The notes below the pieces were generated by a model. That model saw only the letters and a program-made list of their open reading frames with translations. It did no database searches and was not told where the DNA came from. A stretch of 63,860 nucleotides of DNA, taken from positions 1-63,860 of IMG/VR virus record IMGVR_UViG_3300042881_000493. One strand, written 5' to 3'. Source of the stretch: a virus (Duplodnaviria > Caudoviricetes). Positions 19,056-28,106 of this stretch are shown one piece after another. Both the position numbers and the translations under genes were made by a program. Each line of letters starts with the position of its first letter. Within the stretch, counting starts at the first letter, position 1.

Positions 19056-19798
19056 TTACTGGATACAAAGGGTTTATTGGCCAGAACATGGTCAAAGCCC
19101 TGTCAGATCACGACCTAGATCTGTGTGAATGGGGTGATGAGTATTCCCTCTATGGAATAGATAGAGTCATTCACCTTGGTGCTATCTCAGATACAAGGTG
19201 TCAGGATTGGGTAGCACTACGCAGACAGAACGTAGGGTTTACCATTACTCTTATGGAGAGGTGCCAGCGGGCGGGGATACCTATTCAAATAGCTTCTTCG
19301 GCTTCGGTCTATGGGCCAAACAATACGACGTTTAAAGAGACTGACCCAGTAGCTCCTGCTAATCTATACGCTGAATCCAAAGCTTTAATCGAGCAGTACT
19401 TCCATGAGATGCGTCCTGTCTCGCCCGTGCAGATCTTTAGATACTTTAATGTCTATGGCCCACACGAAGATCACAAGGGGGATCAGGCTTCTCCGTTTCA
19501 CAAGTTCCGCGAGCAGGCAAAGACAGGAACGATTAAAATATTTGAAGGTTCAGAAAACTTTAAACGTGACTTTATCCATGTAGATGAAGTTATCAAAGTT
19601 CACAGAAAACTTTTAATTTTTCTAGGTTCTGGAATTTGGAACGTAGGAACTGGAAAAACAATGTCATTTTTAGACGTTGCTCGCTTGGCAGCAGATGAAT
19701 TTTCAGCGAAAATAGAGACTATTCCAATGCCTATTTTGGGTGGGTATCAAATGTATACATGTGCTGACATGACCAAACTGAACGGGATATTGAAATGA
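19043..19798 (+). CDS. hldD: ADP-L-glycero-D-manno-heptose 6-epimerase (HldD/RfaD)
   Basis: ITGYKGFIG, HLGAISDT, ASSASVYG, YAESK, RYFNVYGPHEDHKGDQAS, KRDFIHV, NVGTG, YQMYTCAD. Confidence 0.88.
   Translation: MHILITGYKGFIGQNMVKALSDHDLDLCEWGDEYSLYGIDRVIHLGAISDTRCQDWVALRRQNVGFTITLMERCQRAGIPIQIASSASVYGPNNTTFKETDPVAPANLYAESKALIEQYFHEMRPVSPVQIFRYFNVYGPHEDHKGDQASPFHKFREQAKTGTIKIFEGSENFKRDFIHVDEVIKVHRKLLIFLGSGIWNVGTGKTMSFLDVARLAADEFSAKIETIPMPILGGYQMYTCADMTKLNGILK
19604..19623 (-). promoter_or_regulatory. 20-bp palindromic motif copy inside hldD
   Basis: Reverse complement is AGAAAAATTAAAAGTTTTCT, identical to 37086-37105. Confidence 0.55.
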
Positions 19799-19899
19799 GA
19801 GACTGGGCCGAGGCAATTATTGCAGCGGCCTGTATAGTCGCCTTTGTAATCTTTGGAACCTACATGATTGCATGGAGTTGGGGTTTATATGGAACTTGA
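19795..19899 (+). CDS. 34-aa single-pass membrane peptide (not in ORF track)
   Basis: ATGA overlap with hldD; MRDWAEAIIAAACIVAFVIFGTYMIAWSWGLYGT. Confidence 0.55.
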   Translation: MRDWAEAIIAAACIVAFVIFGTYMIAWSWGLYGT

Positions 19900-20362
19900 G
19901 TATTACACCAAGATTATTGGTGCGGTAACTGCCTCAACTGCCATGATCGGTGGTGGTTATACACTTGCCGACAAGTTTGGTGTGTTCCACAAGGACATTC
20001 TCAAATGGTCACCAGAGCACTTTCAAATATCCGATGCACCTGCAAATGGCGAATTCAAGGTTGTAGTGGCTCGTCAGAAGCTCAGAGATAACTGCGAAGT
20101 TACGTCATTTAAAATAGAGGTGCGGGATTCTGAGTTGGTTGTACACCCAGCCAAACCTAGCATTGCAACGTTTTCAGGCCCAGCCAGCGACACAGTAGAT
20201 AAGTTTGGATACAAGTTTAAACTTGACACTACTTCACAAGTGACACCCGGCGTTGCTACGTTAATGGCTCACATTAAATACAAGTGCCCCGAAGGTGAAG
20301 TAATTGTCAATTACCCTGCACATAAAAACTTAATGTTTACAATAAAGGAATCCAATGTTTGA
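19889..20362 (+). CDS. Membrane-anchored hypothetical protein next to the lysis genes
   Basis: N-terminal hydrophobic stretch; two Cys; overlaps both neighbours. Confidence 0.6.
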   Translation: MELEYYTKIIGAVTASTAMIGGGYTLADKFGVFHKDILKWSPEHFQISDAPANGEFKVVVARQKLRDNCEVTSFKIEVRDSELVVHPAKPSIATFSGPASDTVDKFGYKFKLDTTSQVTPGVATLMAHIKYKCPEGEVIVNYPAHKNLMFTIKESNV

Positions 20363-20849
20363 TGTATTAAGTGGTGGTATTTTGGGTTCAGTATTTGGTG
20401 GCTTGTTCCGTATGGCCCCCGAGGTGCTGAAGTTCTTTGACAAGAAGAACGAGCGCCAGCATGAACTGTTGATGTTTACACGCCAATGTGAACTAGAGAC
20501 ATTACGTGGTCAGCAGAAGTTGGCTGAGATTGGCGCACAGCGGGAAGCCGCTATTGACGTAGGCGTAATGGATGCGTTTCAGTCTGCCATAGAGCAGCAA
20601 GCCACAATGGTCAAAGCCGCTGGTGGTTGGGCTGCATCTTTATCTGCATCTGTCAGGCCAGTCGTAACTTACTGGGTTTTGTTTGTGTGGAGCTTTATCC
20701 ACGTATGGTTTGCATGGAACGCATGGATTACTGGCGCTCCTCCTGTAGAAGTTTTTAAGATAATGATGTCTCCTGACTTTTCGGCTTTGCTGGCTGGGAC
20801 AATTAACTTCTGGTTCCTTGATCGTACATTAGCAAAAAGGGGTTTATAA
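20355..20849 (+). CDS. Putative holin
   Basis: Hydrophobic N-terminus; SASVRPVVTY, TM helix, FWFLDR (holin-of-3TM-like); precedes the lysozyme. Confidence 0.65.
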   Translation: MFDVLSGGILGSVFGGLFRMAPEVLKFFDKKNERQHELLMFTRQCELETLRGQQKLAEIGAQREAAIDVGVMDAFQSAIEQQATMVKAAGGWAASLSASVRPVVTYWVLFVWSFIHVWFAWNAWITGAPPVEVFKIMMSPDFSALLAGTINFWFLDRTLAKRGL

Positions 20850-20969
20850 ATGGCACACGCTACTACTTGTTTGGTTAACGAAGACGGCCCATGCACTTGT
20901 GGGTTTGAAGAGATTCTTGAGGATGAGGCAAGAGAAGCCGCACAAGAGCATCTTGAAGAAGAGCAATGA
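20850..20969 (+). CDS. 39-aa acidic Cys/His peptide (not in ORF track)
   Basis: MAHATTCLVNEDGPCTCGFEEILEDE...; fills the holin-endolysin gap exactly, ATGA overlap. Confidence 0.5.
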   Translation: MAHATTCLVNEDGPCTCGFEEILEDEAREAAQEHLEEEQ

Positions 20970-21409
20970 ACCTAGCACTAGCCGCAGAGATGTGCAAACG
21001 GTTTGAGGGTTTTCGCTCCAAGCCGTATCTTTGCCCCGCCAATGTAGCCACGATTGGCTACGGTTCTACCTACTACGCAGATAAGCGCAAGGTAACTTTA
21101 GAAGATGCACCAATGAGTCAGGAAGAAGCTCACGCGCTTTTAATGATTGAGCTTGAGCATACGTACCTACCCGGTGTTCTGCGTAACTGTCCCGGCTTAA
21201 TTCTGGACGAACGCAGGTGCAACGCCATCGTGGACTTTGCCTACAATTTGGGCACAGGACGCTTGCAAACATCTACGTTAAAGAGGAAAATCAATGCCAA
21301 TGATTGGGAAGGAGCAAAAGAACAACTTATGCTCTGGACTAAGGGTGGCGGTCGAGTACTGCCGGGACTATTAAAACGCCGCACGGCTGAGTGCGCTTTG
21401 TTGGATTGA
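20966..21409 (+). CDS. Endolysin, GH24 phage lysozyme
   Basis: FEG...PYLCPANVATIGYGST, FAYNLG, LPGLLKRRTAE. Confidence 0.92.
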   Translation: MNLALAAEMCKRFEGFRSKPYLCPANVATIGYGSTYYADKRKVTLEDAPMSQEEAHALLMIELEHTYLPGVLRNCPGLILDERRCNAIVDFAYNLGTGRLQTSTLKRKINANDWEGAKEQLMLWTKGGGRVLPGLLKRRTAECALLD

Positions 21410-21412
21410 CCA

Positions 21413-23500
21413 ATGGCACTAAAAAAACTTGTACTAAAACCGGGAGTGAACCGGGAAAACACCCGTTACGCTAACGAAGGTGGTTGGTATGAGTCCGACA
21501 AAGTGCGGTTCCGCCAAGGTACGCCTGAAAAGATTGGTGGCTGGGCACGTATATCTACATCCACATTCCAAGGCTTGTGCCGTTCACTGTGGAACTGGAT
21601 CACACTAGATAATTTAAACCTTATCGGAGTGGGCACTAACTTAAAGTTCTATCTGGAACTAGGTGGTGAGTACAACGACATTACGCCCATTCGGGCAGGA
21701 GCTATCCTAAATAACCCGTTTGCTACAACTAACCTGCTTACTTTAGTTACAGTTACAGACGCATCCCACGGCGCAATTACAGGTGACTTTGTAACGTTTA
21801 GCAACGTAGCTCCCGTAGGTGGCCTTGATTTAAACGGTGAGTATTCTATTACTTACGTTGATGCTAATACCTACACAATCGTAGCATCTACGGCGGCAAC
21901 CTCAACTGTTGCGGCTGGTGGCGGTTCAACTGTTAATGCCATCTATCAAATTAACACGGGCGATGCTTATGAAATCCCACTAGCCGGTTGGGGTGCTGGT
22001 ACGTGGGGCGCAGGAACTTGGGGATTTGGCGGTACGTCAACATCTGCGATTAGGTTGTGGAGTCAGAACAACTTTGGTGAAGACTTAGTTTATGGTTTCC
22101 GTGGTGGCCCAATCTATTATTGGGATGCCGGTTATGGCGTAGCCCCTGCTTTAGCTACGGTCACCATAGCCTCTCCTGCGGTGGTTACTGCCGCTTATAG
22201 TTTGCCTAATGGCTCTCCAGTCATCTTTACAAACAGTGGTTATCCTGCTGCGCTACCTACAGGGCTGTCTCCCGGAACAATCTACTATGTTATTAACGCT
22301 AGTGGTAATACGTTTAACTTAGCGGCTACTGTTGGCGGCGCGGCTATTACCACTACAGGTACTCAGTCTGGCGATCACTACATCATGCCTAACGGTGTAG
22401 ATATTGCAAGTCTGTCTGGCGCATCAGACTGCCCAATCATTCAAAACTTTGTCTTTGTATCTGACATTAGCAGGTTTGTATTTGCGTTTGGCTGTAATGA
22501 TTACGGCTCAACCACACAGAATCCTATGCTGATTCGCTGGTCGGATCAGGAGTCTGTGGTTAACTGGACACCATCTGCTACTAATCAAGCCGGTAGTGTT
22601 ACGCTGTCTCACGGCTCAAGCATCGTAACCGCTATTCAAACCCGTCAAGAGATCTTGGTATGGACTGACTCAGCCATCTATTCTTTACAGTACATTGGCC
22701 CACCCGTAGTCTGGTCTAGCCAGTTGATGGGAGATAACATCTCTATCCTTGGTCAAAACGCAGCGGCTCAAGCTTCTGGTGTGGTGTACTGGATGGGCGT
22801 TGATAAGTTCTATCTATACGATGGACGCTTACAAACACTGCCATGCGATCTCCGAAGATACGTATACCAAGACATTAACCTCCAGCAAAACCAGCAAGTG
22901 TTTGCTAGTACAAACGAGGGTTTTAATGAGATCTGGTGGTTCTACTGCGCGGCGGGTAGCTTGATTGCCAACCGTTATGTGGTGTACAACTACCTTGAAA
23001 AAATCTGGTACTACGGCACTATGGAGCGGACAGCTTGGCTTGATTCTGGCTTAAGAGACTTCCCTATTGCCGCTACGTACAACTACAACTTGGTCGATCA
23101 AGAGTTTGGTTTAGACAATAACGAGACAGGTACGCCAGCAGGTATTGAGGCTTACATTTCGTCTTCTGAGTTTGACATTGATGATGGCGACAGATTTGGT
23201 TTTGTCTGGAGAATGTTGCCTGACTTGACATTCTCAGGGTCAGATGCTTCACCAACTCCGCAAGTTACGTACACTTTGTATCCCATGCAGAACTCAGGTT
23301 CTGGTACGGGCACGGCAGTAAACAAAGATGTAGACAAGTTAACCGGCGCTGAGTACACAGTGACGGAAGGTTTTACGGGGCAGATCAATACCCGTGTGCG
23401 GGGCAGACAGTTAATTTTGAAGGTTAGCTCGGACAACCTTGGAACAACATGGCAGTTGGGTGCTACCCGTATTGACATCAGACCGGACGGCAGACGATGA
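21413..23500 (+). CDS. Tail tubular B / DNA-stabilisation (nozzle)-like protein with inserted beta modules
   Basis: KVRFRQGTPEKIGGW, LIRWSDQE, NQAGS, EIWWFY, RVRGRQ, RIDIRPDGRR. Confidence 0.7.
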   Translation: MALKKLVLKPGVNRENTRYANEGGWYESDKVRFRQGTPEKIGGWARISTSTFQGLCRSLWNWITLDNLNLIGVGTNLKFYLELGGEYNDITPIRAGAILNNPFATTNLLTLVTVTDASHGAITGDFVTFSNVAPVGGLDLNGEYSITYVDANTYTIVASTAATSTVAAGGGSTVNAIYQINTGDAYEIPLAGWGAGTWGAGTWGFGGTSTSAIRLWSQNNFGEDLVYGFRGGPIYYWDAGYGVAPALATVTIASPAVVTAAYSLPNGSPVIFTNSGYPAALPTGLSPGTIYYVINASGNTFNLAATVGGAAITTTGTQSGDHYIMPNGVDIASLSGASDCPIIQNFVFVSDISRFVFAFGCNDYGSTTQNPMLIRWSDQESVVNWTPSATNQAGSVTLSHGSSIVTAIQTRQEILVWTDSAIYSLQYIGPPVVWSSQLMGDNISILGQNAAAQASGVVYWMGVDKFYLYDGRLQTLPCDLRRYVYQDINLQQNQQVFASTNEGFNEIWWFYCAAGSLIANRYVVYNYLEKIWYYGTMERTAWLDSGLRDFPIAATYNYNLVDQEFGLDNNETGTPAGIEAYISSSEFDIDDGDRFGFVWRMLPDLTFSGSDASPTPQVTYTLYPMQNSGSGTGTAVNKDVDKLTGAEYTVTEGFTGQINTRVRGRQLILKVSSDNLGTTWQLGATRIDIRPDGRR

Positions 23501-24168
23501 CCTATATCATTACGTCTGAGTTTGAGCTTAACAAGGTAGCCGCACCTAACTTGCCTTTACCTCCGTTAGAGTACGACCGTGTGTATTTTGACCAGATGCT
23601 CAACATCCTGCGTCTGTACTTCAACAGGATTGATGCGTTAACTACTCAGTTGATGACATCCGGCTCAATTGATCCTAGTTTAATTAACAACCCTAATGGG
23701 CTGTTCTTCAGCACAGTAGACCAGACGCTGGCTGCGATAGACACGGGCTACCCCATTACGTTTAACCAGACATACCTAAACAACAACGTAGCTTTGCAGA
23801 CTGCCAGCACTTCTAAAATTGAGGTGGCTGTAGGAGGTGTGTACAACTTCCAATTGTCGGCTCAGTTAAAGAGTACCAACGCTTCAGCTAAAGATGTGCA
23901 GATCTGGATTAAACGCAATAACGTTACGATTGGTTATTCTGCTCATAAATACACCGTAGAAGGTTCAGACAACCACATGAATGTGTCTTGGAACTTCAAT
24001 ATTGATTTGGCGGCTAATGAGTACATTGAGATGCAGTGGGCCGCAGACAATACGAATGTAACGCTAGAGTCTATTGCGGCCTCTGCCCCGTATCCAGCCG
24101 CAGCTTCCGTAGTAATGGTGGTTAACTTTATTGCTAAGTTACCTGACCCACGCCCAACGCCCCCGTAA
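23497..24168 (+). CDS. Virion protein with a C1q/jelly-roll-like C-terminal domain
   Basis: APNLPLPP.EYD...LRLYFN; GVYNFQLSAQL...EYIEMQW. Confidence 0.6.
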   Translation: MTYIITSEFELNKVAAPNLPLPPLEYDRVYFDQMLNILRLYFNRIDALTTQLMTSGSIDPSLINNPNGLFFSTVDQTLAAIDTGYPITFNQTYLNNNVALQTASTSKIEVAVGGVYNFQLSAQLKSTNASAKDVQIWIKRNNVTIGYSAHKYTVEGSDNHMNVSWNFNIDLAANEYIEMQWAADNTNVTLESIAASAPYPAAASVVMVVNFIAKLPDPRPTPP

Positions 24169-24176
24169 GGTTTTAA

Positions 24177-27100
24177 ATGGCATTAACACAAGAACAAGTT
24201 GACTGGTGGTTTGCCCAGAATCCAAATGCTACTGCCGATCAAGTAGCTGCCGCCGTTCAATCTGCTGGTGGGTTAGAAGCTAACGCAGGGTTAGCTGGCA
24301 TGATTGCCAATAGATATGCTATTGCTGAACCAGAAGTAACTAATTACTACAACACATATACATCTGGTATTGCAACTCTTCCTACCGTACCGTCTACCCC
24401 AGTCGTACCATCTACCCCAGTCGTACCGTCTACCCCAGTAGTAACGTCTGACCCAGTAGTAACGTCTGACCAAGTAATTACATCAGCCCCAACATCCGTT
24501 GCGCCTGTTGTTGATACAGTAGCTCAAGATTATTGGAATCAACAAGCCGCATTACAGCAAGCAGAGTGGGAAAGACAAGCGGCGTTGCAACAAGCTGAAT
24601 GGGAGCGTTTAGCCGCCATAAGAGATGCTGGTACAACGACCAGTACAACAACTGCTACAACAACACCTGTCACCAACCCTTACGCCGCAATTACAGCCGC
24701 ATGGAATAGTGGTGACTACGGAGCTACCAATAGTCTTATTGCAAGTTCAGGATTAACAATATCAGATATCAAAGCTCACTATGGGTTAGATGATGCCACA
24801 ATGGATTTTGTGTTGAGCAAAGGAATCTATGCTCCAGTTGTTAGACCTGTAGTTACACCTGTAGTTTCAGTAAGCCCTACTGTTTTAGTTTCTGTTACGC
24901 CAACAGTTTTAACTACGCCTACAGTAGTTGGTATCGACACTCTTGCAGTAGCAGGTAGTGATGGAACCTTACTTAATGTTCCCGGTTATGGTGAACTAAG
25001 TACTTCTACCCTTAATACTTGGGAGCCTTGGCGTTTACAGATGTTGGGTATTACCAAGAATGCCGATAATACTTTTGGTTATACCGGTGGCCCAGCTTGG
25101 GAAACTACTGTAGGAACAACCAATAAAAATTTGTACGACCAAATCAATAGCATCTCTAATCTTCAAGGGATGAATGGTCTGTTTACAGGTGGTGCATTAA
25201 AAAAAGAAGATGGTGGTCTAGGTTCTAAAGAAGCTGTTCTGTGGGACTTTGCTAATAAGTTGTCTTCTGAAGGCATTACTAGTCTTGCCGATATTGGCAG
25301 ACGTATGGTTACAAAAACCAGAGAAACTGAACAAGGCACAGAAGAATATCAAGAAGAAGAGATCTATAACAAGTTAACTGGCAAAGCTTTTAACATACAA
25401 GGTACTTCATTAGGTAATAACAAAACTGACTATGGTTTTACTTTTACCAATACTGGTTTAGCTATACCTACAACCAAAGAAACAAAGGTTGGTTGGGCTG
25501 ATTTTAAAGAGAACACTCTTCCTTTAATTCTTACTGCGGTATCTGTAGCTCTTCCGGGCACGGCTCCTTACATTCAAGCATACAACGCTGCCAAGGCTGC
25601 ACAGAATGGTAATTGGGCTGCTGCGGCTTTTAGTGGATTGGCTTCAGCTTCAGGATTTTCTGCACAAATTACTGCGGATATTAATGCTCTTGTTAAAGCA
25701 GGCGACCTTGCTGGAGCGGAACAGCTTTATAACAATAGCTGGTTAGCTCAGAACGCTGGCACTTTAAAGACGGCAACAGATGCAGCTTCATTTGTAAATG
25801 CTATTGACCAGAAAAACGTAGCAGGTGTTATCAATGCAGGTATGAACCTAGCAGGTACAACACTACCACCAGAAGTTCGTACTGCTGTTAACTGGGCAAA
25901 CTTAGGTAAAGCCATAGCTGACAATGACTATGCAGGCATGGCTAATGCGGCTAGTACTTTAACTGGAAGTACCAATTTAAAAATAGCAGCATCGGCAACT
26001 AACTTTGTAAAAGCGTTAGATATATTTAATAAGACTGGTAATCCGTCTGGATTAATTAGTGCTGGTAATGCGTTTGGTAATTTAATTAAAAATCTACCAA
26101 GTTCTTCAGGTACTGGGACAGATGTAATTACTGCACTTGAAAATTCTGGGCTTACTGAAGGTCAAGGTTTATCAACAGCAGAGCAACGTTCTAATGCTTT
26201 GACTACAATATATGACTATAATAATAATGAGAATAATCTAGGTGTTAATTTAATTAGCCCTACGCAACTTGCAGCGGGTGATGGTTATACAGGTGGATTA
26301 CCTAAACCAGATTTTCAACCCAATAAAGTTAATATTGATACGGCTACTGGTAAAGCATTTTTTACTACGATTGATACATCAGGCAAGACTATAAACATTC
26401 CTGTTGTTATTGATGGCGCTACGGGTCAGCTATTAACTTCTTCTGGTAATGCTGAGGCTTTAAATAGAGCACTAGCGGATATTCCTAGACTATCATTTAG
26501 TTCTGATTTGATGAGAGCTTTGCAGGTATTGAATCCTGCTATCGGTGATCGCACAATTATTCCAACCAGTTCTATTGTGACGCAGGCAGAGTTAGATGCT
26601 TTGCTGGGAAAAGAAACAATAGATGTTACTGCTAAAGATGTAACTGGAACGTCAACTGATACTACAGGTAAATCAACAATTCAATCTGTTGCAGACGTAT
26701 TAAGAACATTTGGCAGTCTTGATGTTGCAGAAACTGCAATGGGTATTGATGCTTTATTAAAGATTCCCGGCGTTCAAGAAGCTATGAATGCTGGATATAT
26801 TAGAGATTTAGAGGCAGAACTTAATTTAGATCCATCCAGAACTGAATTACTTGAAGAGTACAAACGTATAACTGGTAGAGATTTTACTCCCAACGTAACT
26901 GATTTCGGTACAGTAGTTATTACTGGAACTCGTCCAACTACTACAGTATCTACATCTCCAGTCCCATTATTCTTAGATGCAGATGGAAACTATGTAACTA
27001 AAGATGATTTAGATTTATTAACAAGTAAATCTGTGTCTGTATCTCCAAGTGTTGGAACAATTGTATTGCCTGCTGTAACTCCCGCCGTAACGCCAGCAGT

Positions 27101-28106
27101 AACCCCAGCGGTTACTCCTGCTGTAACTCCAGTGGTTACTCCTGCTGTAACTCCAGTGGTTACTCCTGCTGTAACTCCAGTGGTTACTCCTGCTGTAACT
27201 CCAGTGGTTACTCCAGCAGTAACTCCTGTAGTTACACCTGTAGTTACTCCAGTTGTCACACCAGTAGTAACACCTGCCGTTACACCTGCGGTAACGCCTG
27301 CCGTCACACCTGTTGTTACTCCTGCTGTGACACCCGCAGTAACCCCAGCAGTTACGCCTGCGGTAACTCCAGCGGTAACTCCCGCCGTTACACCTGCTGT
27401 GACTCCTGCGGTTACACCCGCAGTTACTCCTGTAGTCACTCCTGTAGTTACGCCGGCGGTAACTCCTGCCGTGACCCCAGCAGTTACGCCTGTCGTGACT
27501 CCTACCGTCACTACAGCAGTTACAACTGTCGTCACTCCTGTTGTAACACCTACAGTTGTAGTGACACCAGTCATAACTCCAGTTATATCAGTCACTCCTG
27601 TAATTACTCCTACAGTTTTGATTACACCTGTAGTTACCCCAACTGTTTTAATTACACCTGTAATTACTCCGACAGTTTTAATTACTCCTGTAGTTTCAAT
27701 TACACCTGTAATTACCCCAACGGTCACACCTATAGTCACGCCAACTGTAAAGGTGTCAGTCAAGATTAGTGTTACACCCACTAAGTCTGTTGAGCCGTTC
27801 ACAATGCCGCAAGCTCAGAACATTGCGGCTGCTTTTGGTTTGCCTCAACTGGCAAATGTCTTCTACTACGGCAAAGAGTTTGGGTCTAAGAAACAAAAAC
27901 TTACCAAAAAGGGTGAGTTAGAAGATGAAGACTACCGTCCTCTCAGTGTGACCAAAGCGGGAGCAGAAGGTGAAATGCTAGAAGACATTGCCGAAGAGAA
28001 GAAAAACAAGGAAAATAACACCAATGACGCATTAGATTTGATCCTTGGGGAATCTAGTGATTCAATGTCGTTAGACGACTTAATTAATATTGTGAAGGGT
28101 GGCTAA
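24177..28106 (+). CDS. 1309-aa virion/ejection-region protein with a mucin-like VTP(A/V) tract
   Basis: Long ORF in the late operon; T/P/V-rich repeats; ends VKGG. Confidence 0.8.
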   Translation: MALTQEQVDWWFAQNPNATADQVAAAVQSAGGLEANAGLAGMIANRYAIAEPEVTNYYNTYTSGIATLPTVPSTPVVPSTPVVPSTPVVTSDPVVTSDQVITSAPTSVAPVVDTVAQDYWNQQAALQQAEWERQAALQQAEWERLAAIRDAGTTTSTTTATTTPVTNPYAAITAAWNSGDYGATNSLIASSGLTISDIKAHYGLDDATMDFVLSKGIYAPVVRPVVTPVVSVSPTVLVSVTPTVLTTPTVVGIDTLAVAGSDGTLLNVPGYGELSTSTLNTWEPWRLQMLGITKNADNTFGYTGGPAWETTVGTTNKNLYDQINSISNLQGMNGLFTGGALKKEDGGLGSKEAVLWDFANKLSSEGITSLADIGRRMVTKTRETEQGTEEYQEEEIYNKLTGKAFNIQGTSLGNNKTDYGFTFTNTGLAIPTTKETKVGWADFKENTLPLILTAVSVALPGTAPYIQAYNAAKAAQNGNWAAAAFSGLASASGFSAQITADINALVKAGDLAGAEQLYNNSWLAQNAGTLKTATDAASFVNAIDQKNVAGVINAGMNLAGTTLPPEVRTAVNWANLGKAIADNDYAGMANAASTLTGSTNLKIAASATNFVKALDIFNKTGNPSGLISAGNAFGNLIKNLPSSSGTGTDVITALENSGLTEGQGLSTAEQRSNALTTIYDYNNNENNLGVNLISPTQLAAGDGYTGGLPKPDFQPNKVNIDTATGKAFFTTIDTSGKTINIPVVIDGATGQLLTSSGNAEALNRALADIPRLSFSSDLMRALQVLNPAIGDRTIIPTSSIVTQAELDALLGKETIDVTAKDVTGTSTDTTGKSTIQSVADVLRTFGSLDVAETAMGIDALLKIPGVQEAMNAGYIRDLEAELNLDPSRTELLEEYKRITGRDFTPNVTDFGTVVITGTRPTTTVSTSPVPLFLDADGNYVTKDDLDLLTSKSVSVSPSVGTIVLPAVTPAVTPAVTPAVTPAVTPVVTPAVTPVVTPAVTPVVTPAVTPVVTPAVTPVVTPVVTPVVTPVVTPAVTPAVTPAVTPVVTPAVTPAVTPAVTPAVTPAVTPAVTPAVTPAVTPAVTPVVTPVVTPAVTPAVTPAVTPVVTPTVTTAVTTVVTPVVTPTVVVTPVITPVISVTPVITPTVLITPVVTPTVLITPVITPTVLITPVVSITPVITPTVTPIVTPTVKVSVKISVTPTKSVEPFTMPQAQNIAAAFGLPQLANVFYYGKEFGSKKQKLTKKGELEDEDYRPLSVTKAGAEGEMLEDIAEEKKNKENNTNDALDLILGESSDSMSLDDLINIVKGG
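27075..27783 (+). repeat. 12-nt coding tandem repeat (VTPA/VTPV, about 35 units plus a degenerate tail)
   Basis: GTNACNCCNG(C/T)N units; a near-exact 24-nt repeat around 27120-27213. Confidence 0.95.

Noticed and set aside
26990-27802. 270-aa minus-strand ORF of GVT(A/T) repeats
   Set aside because: Antisense shadow of the VTPA tract; the repeat has no stops in that frame
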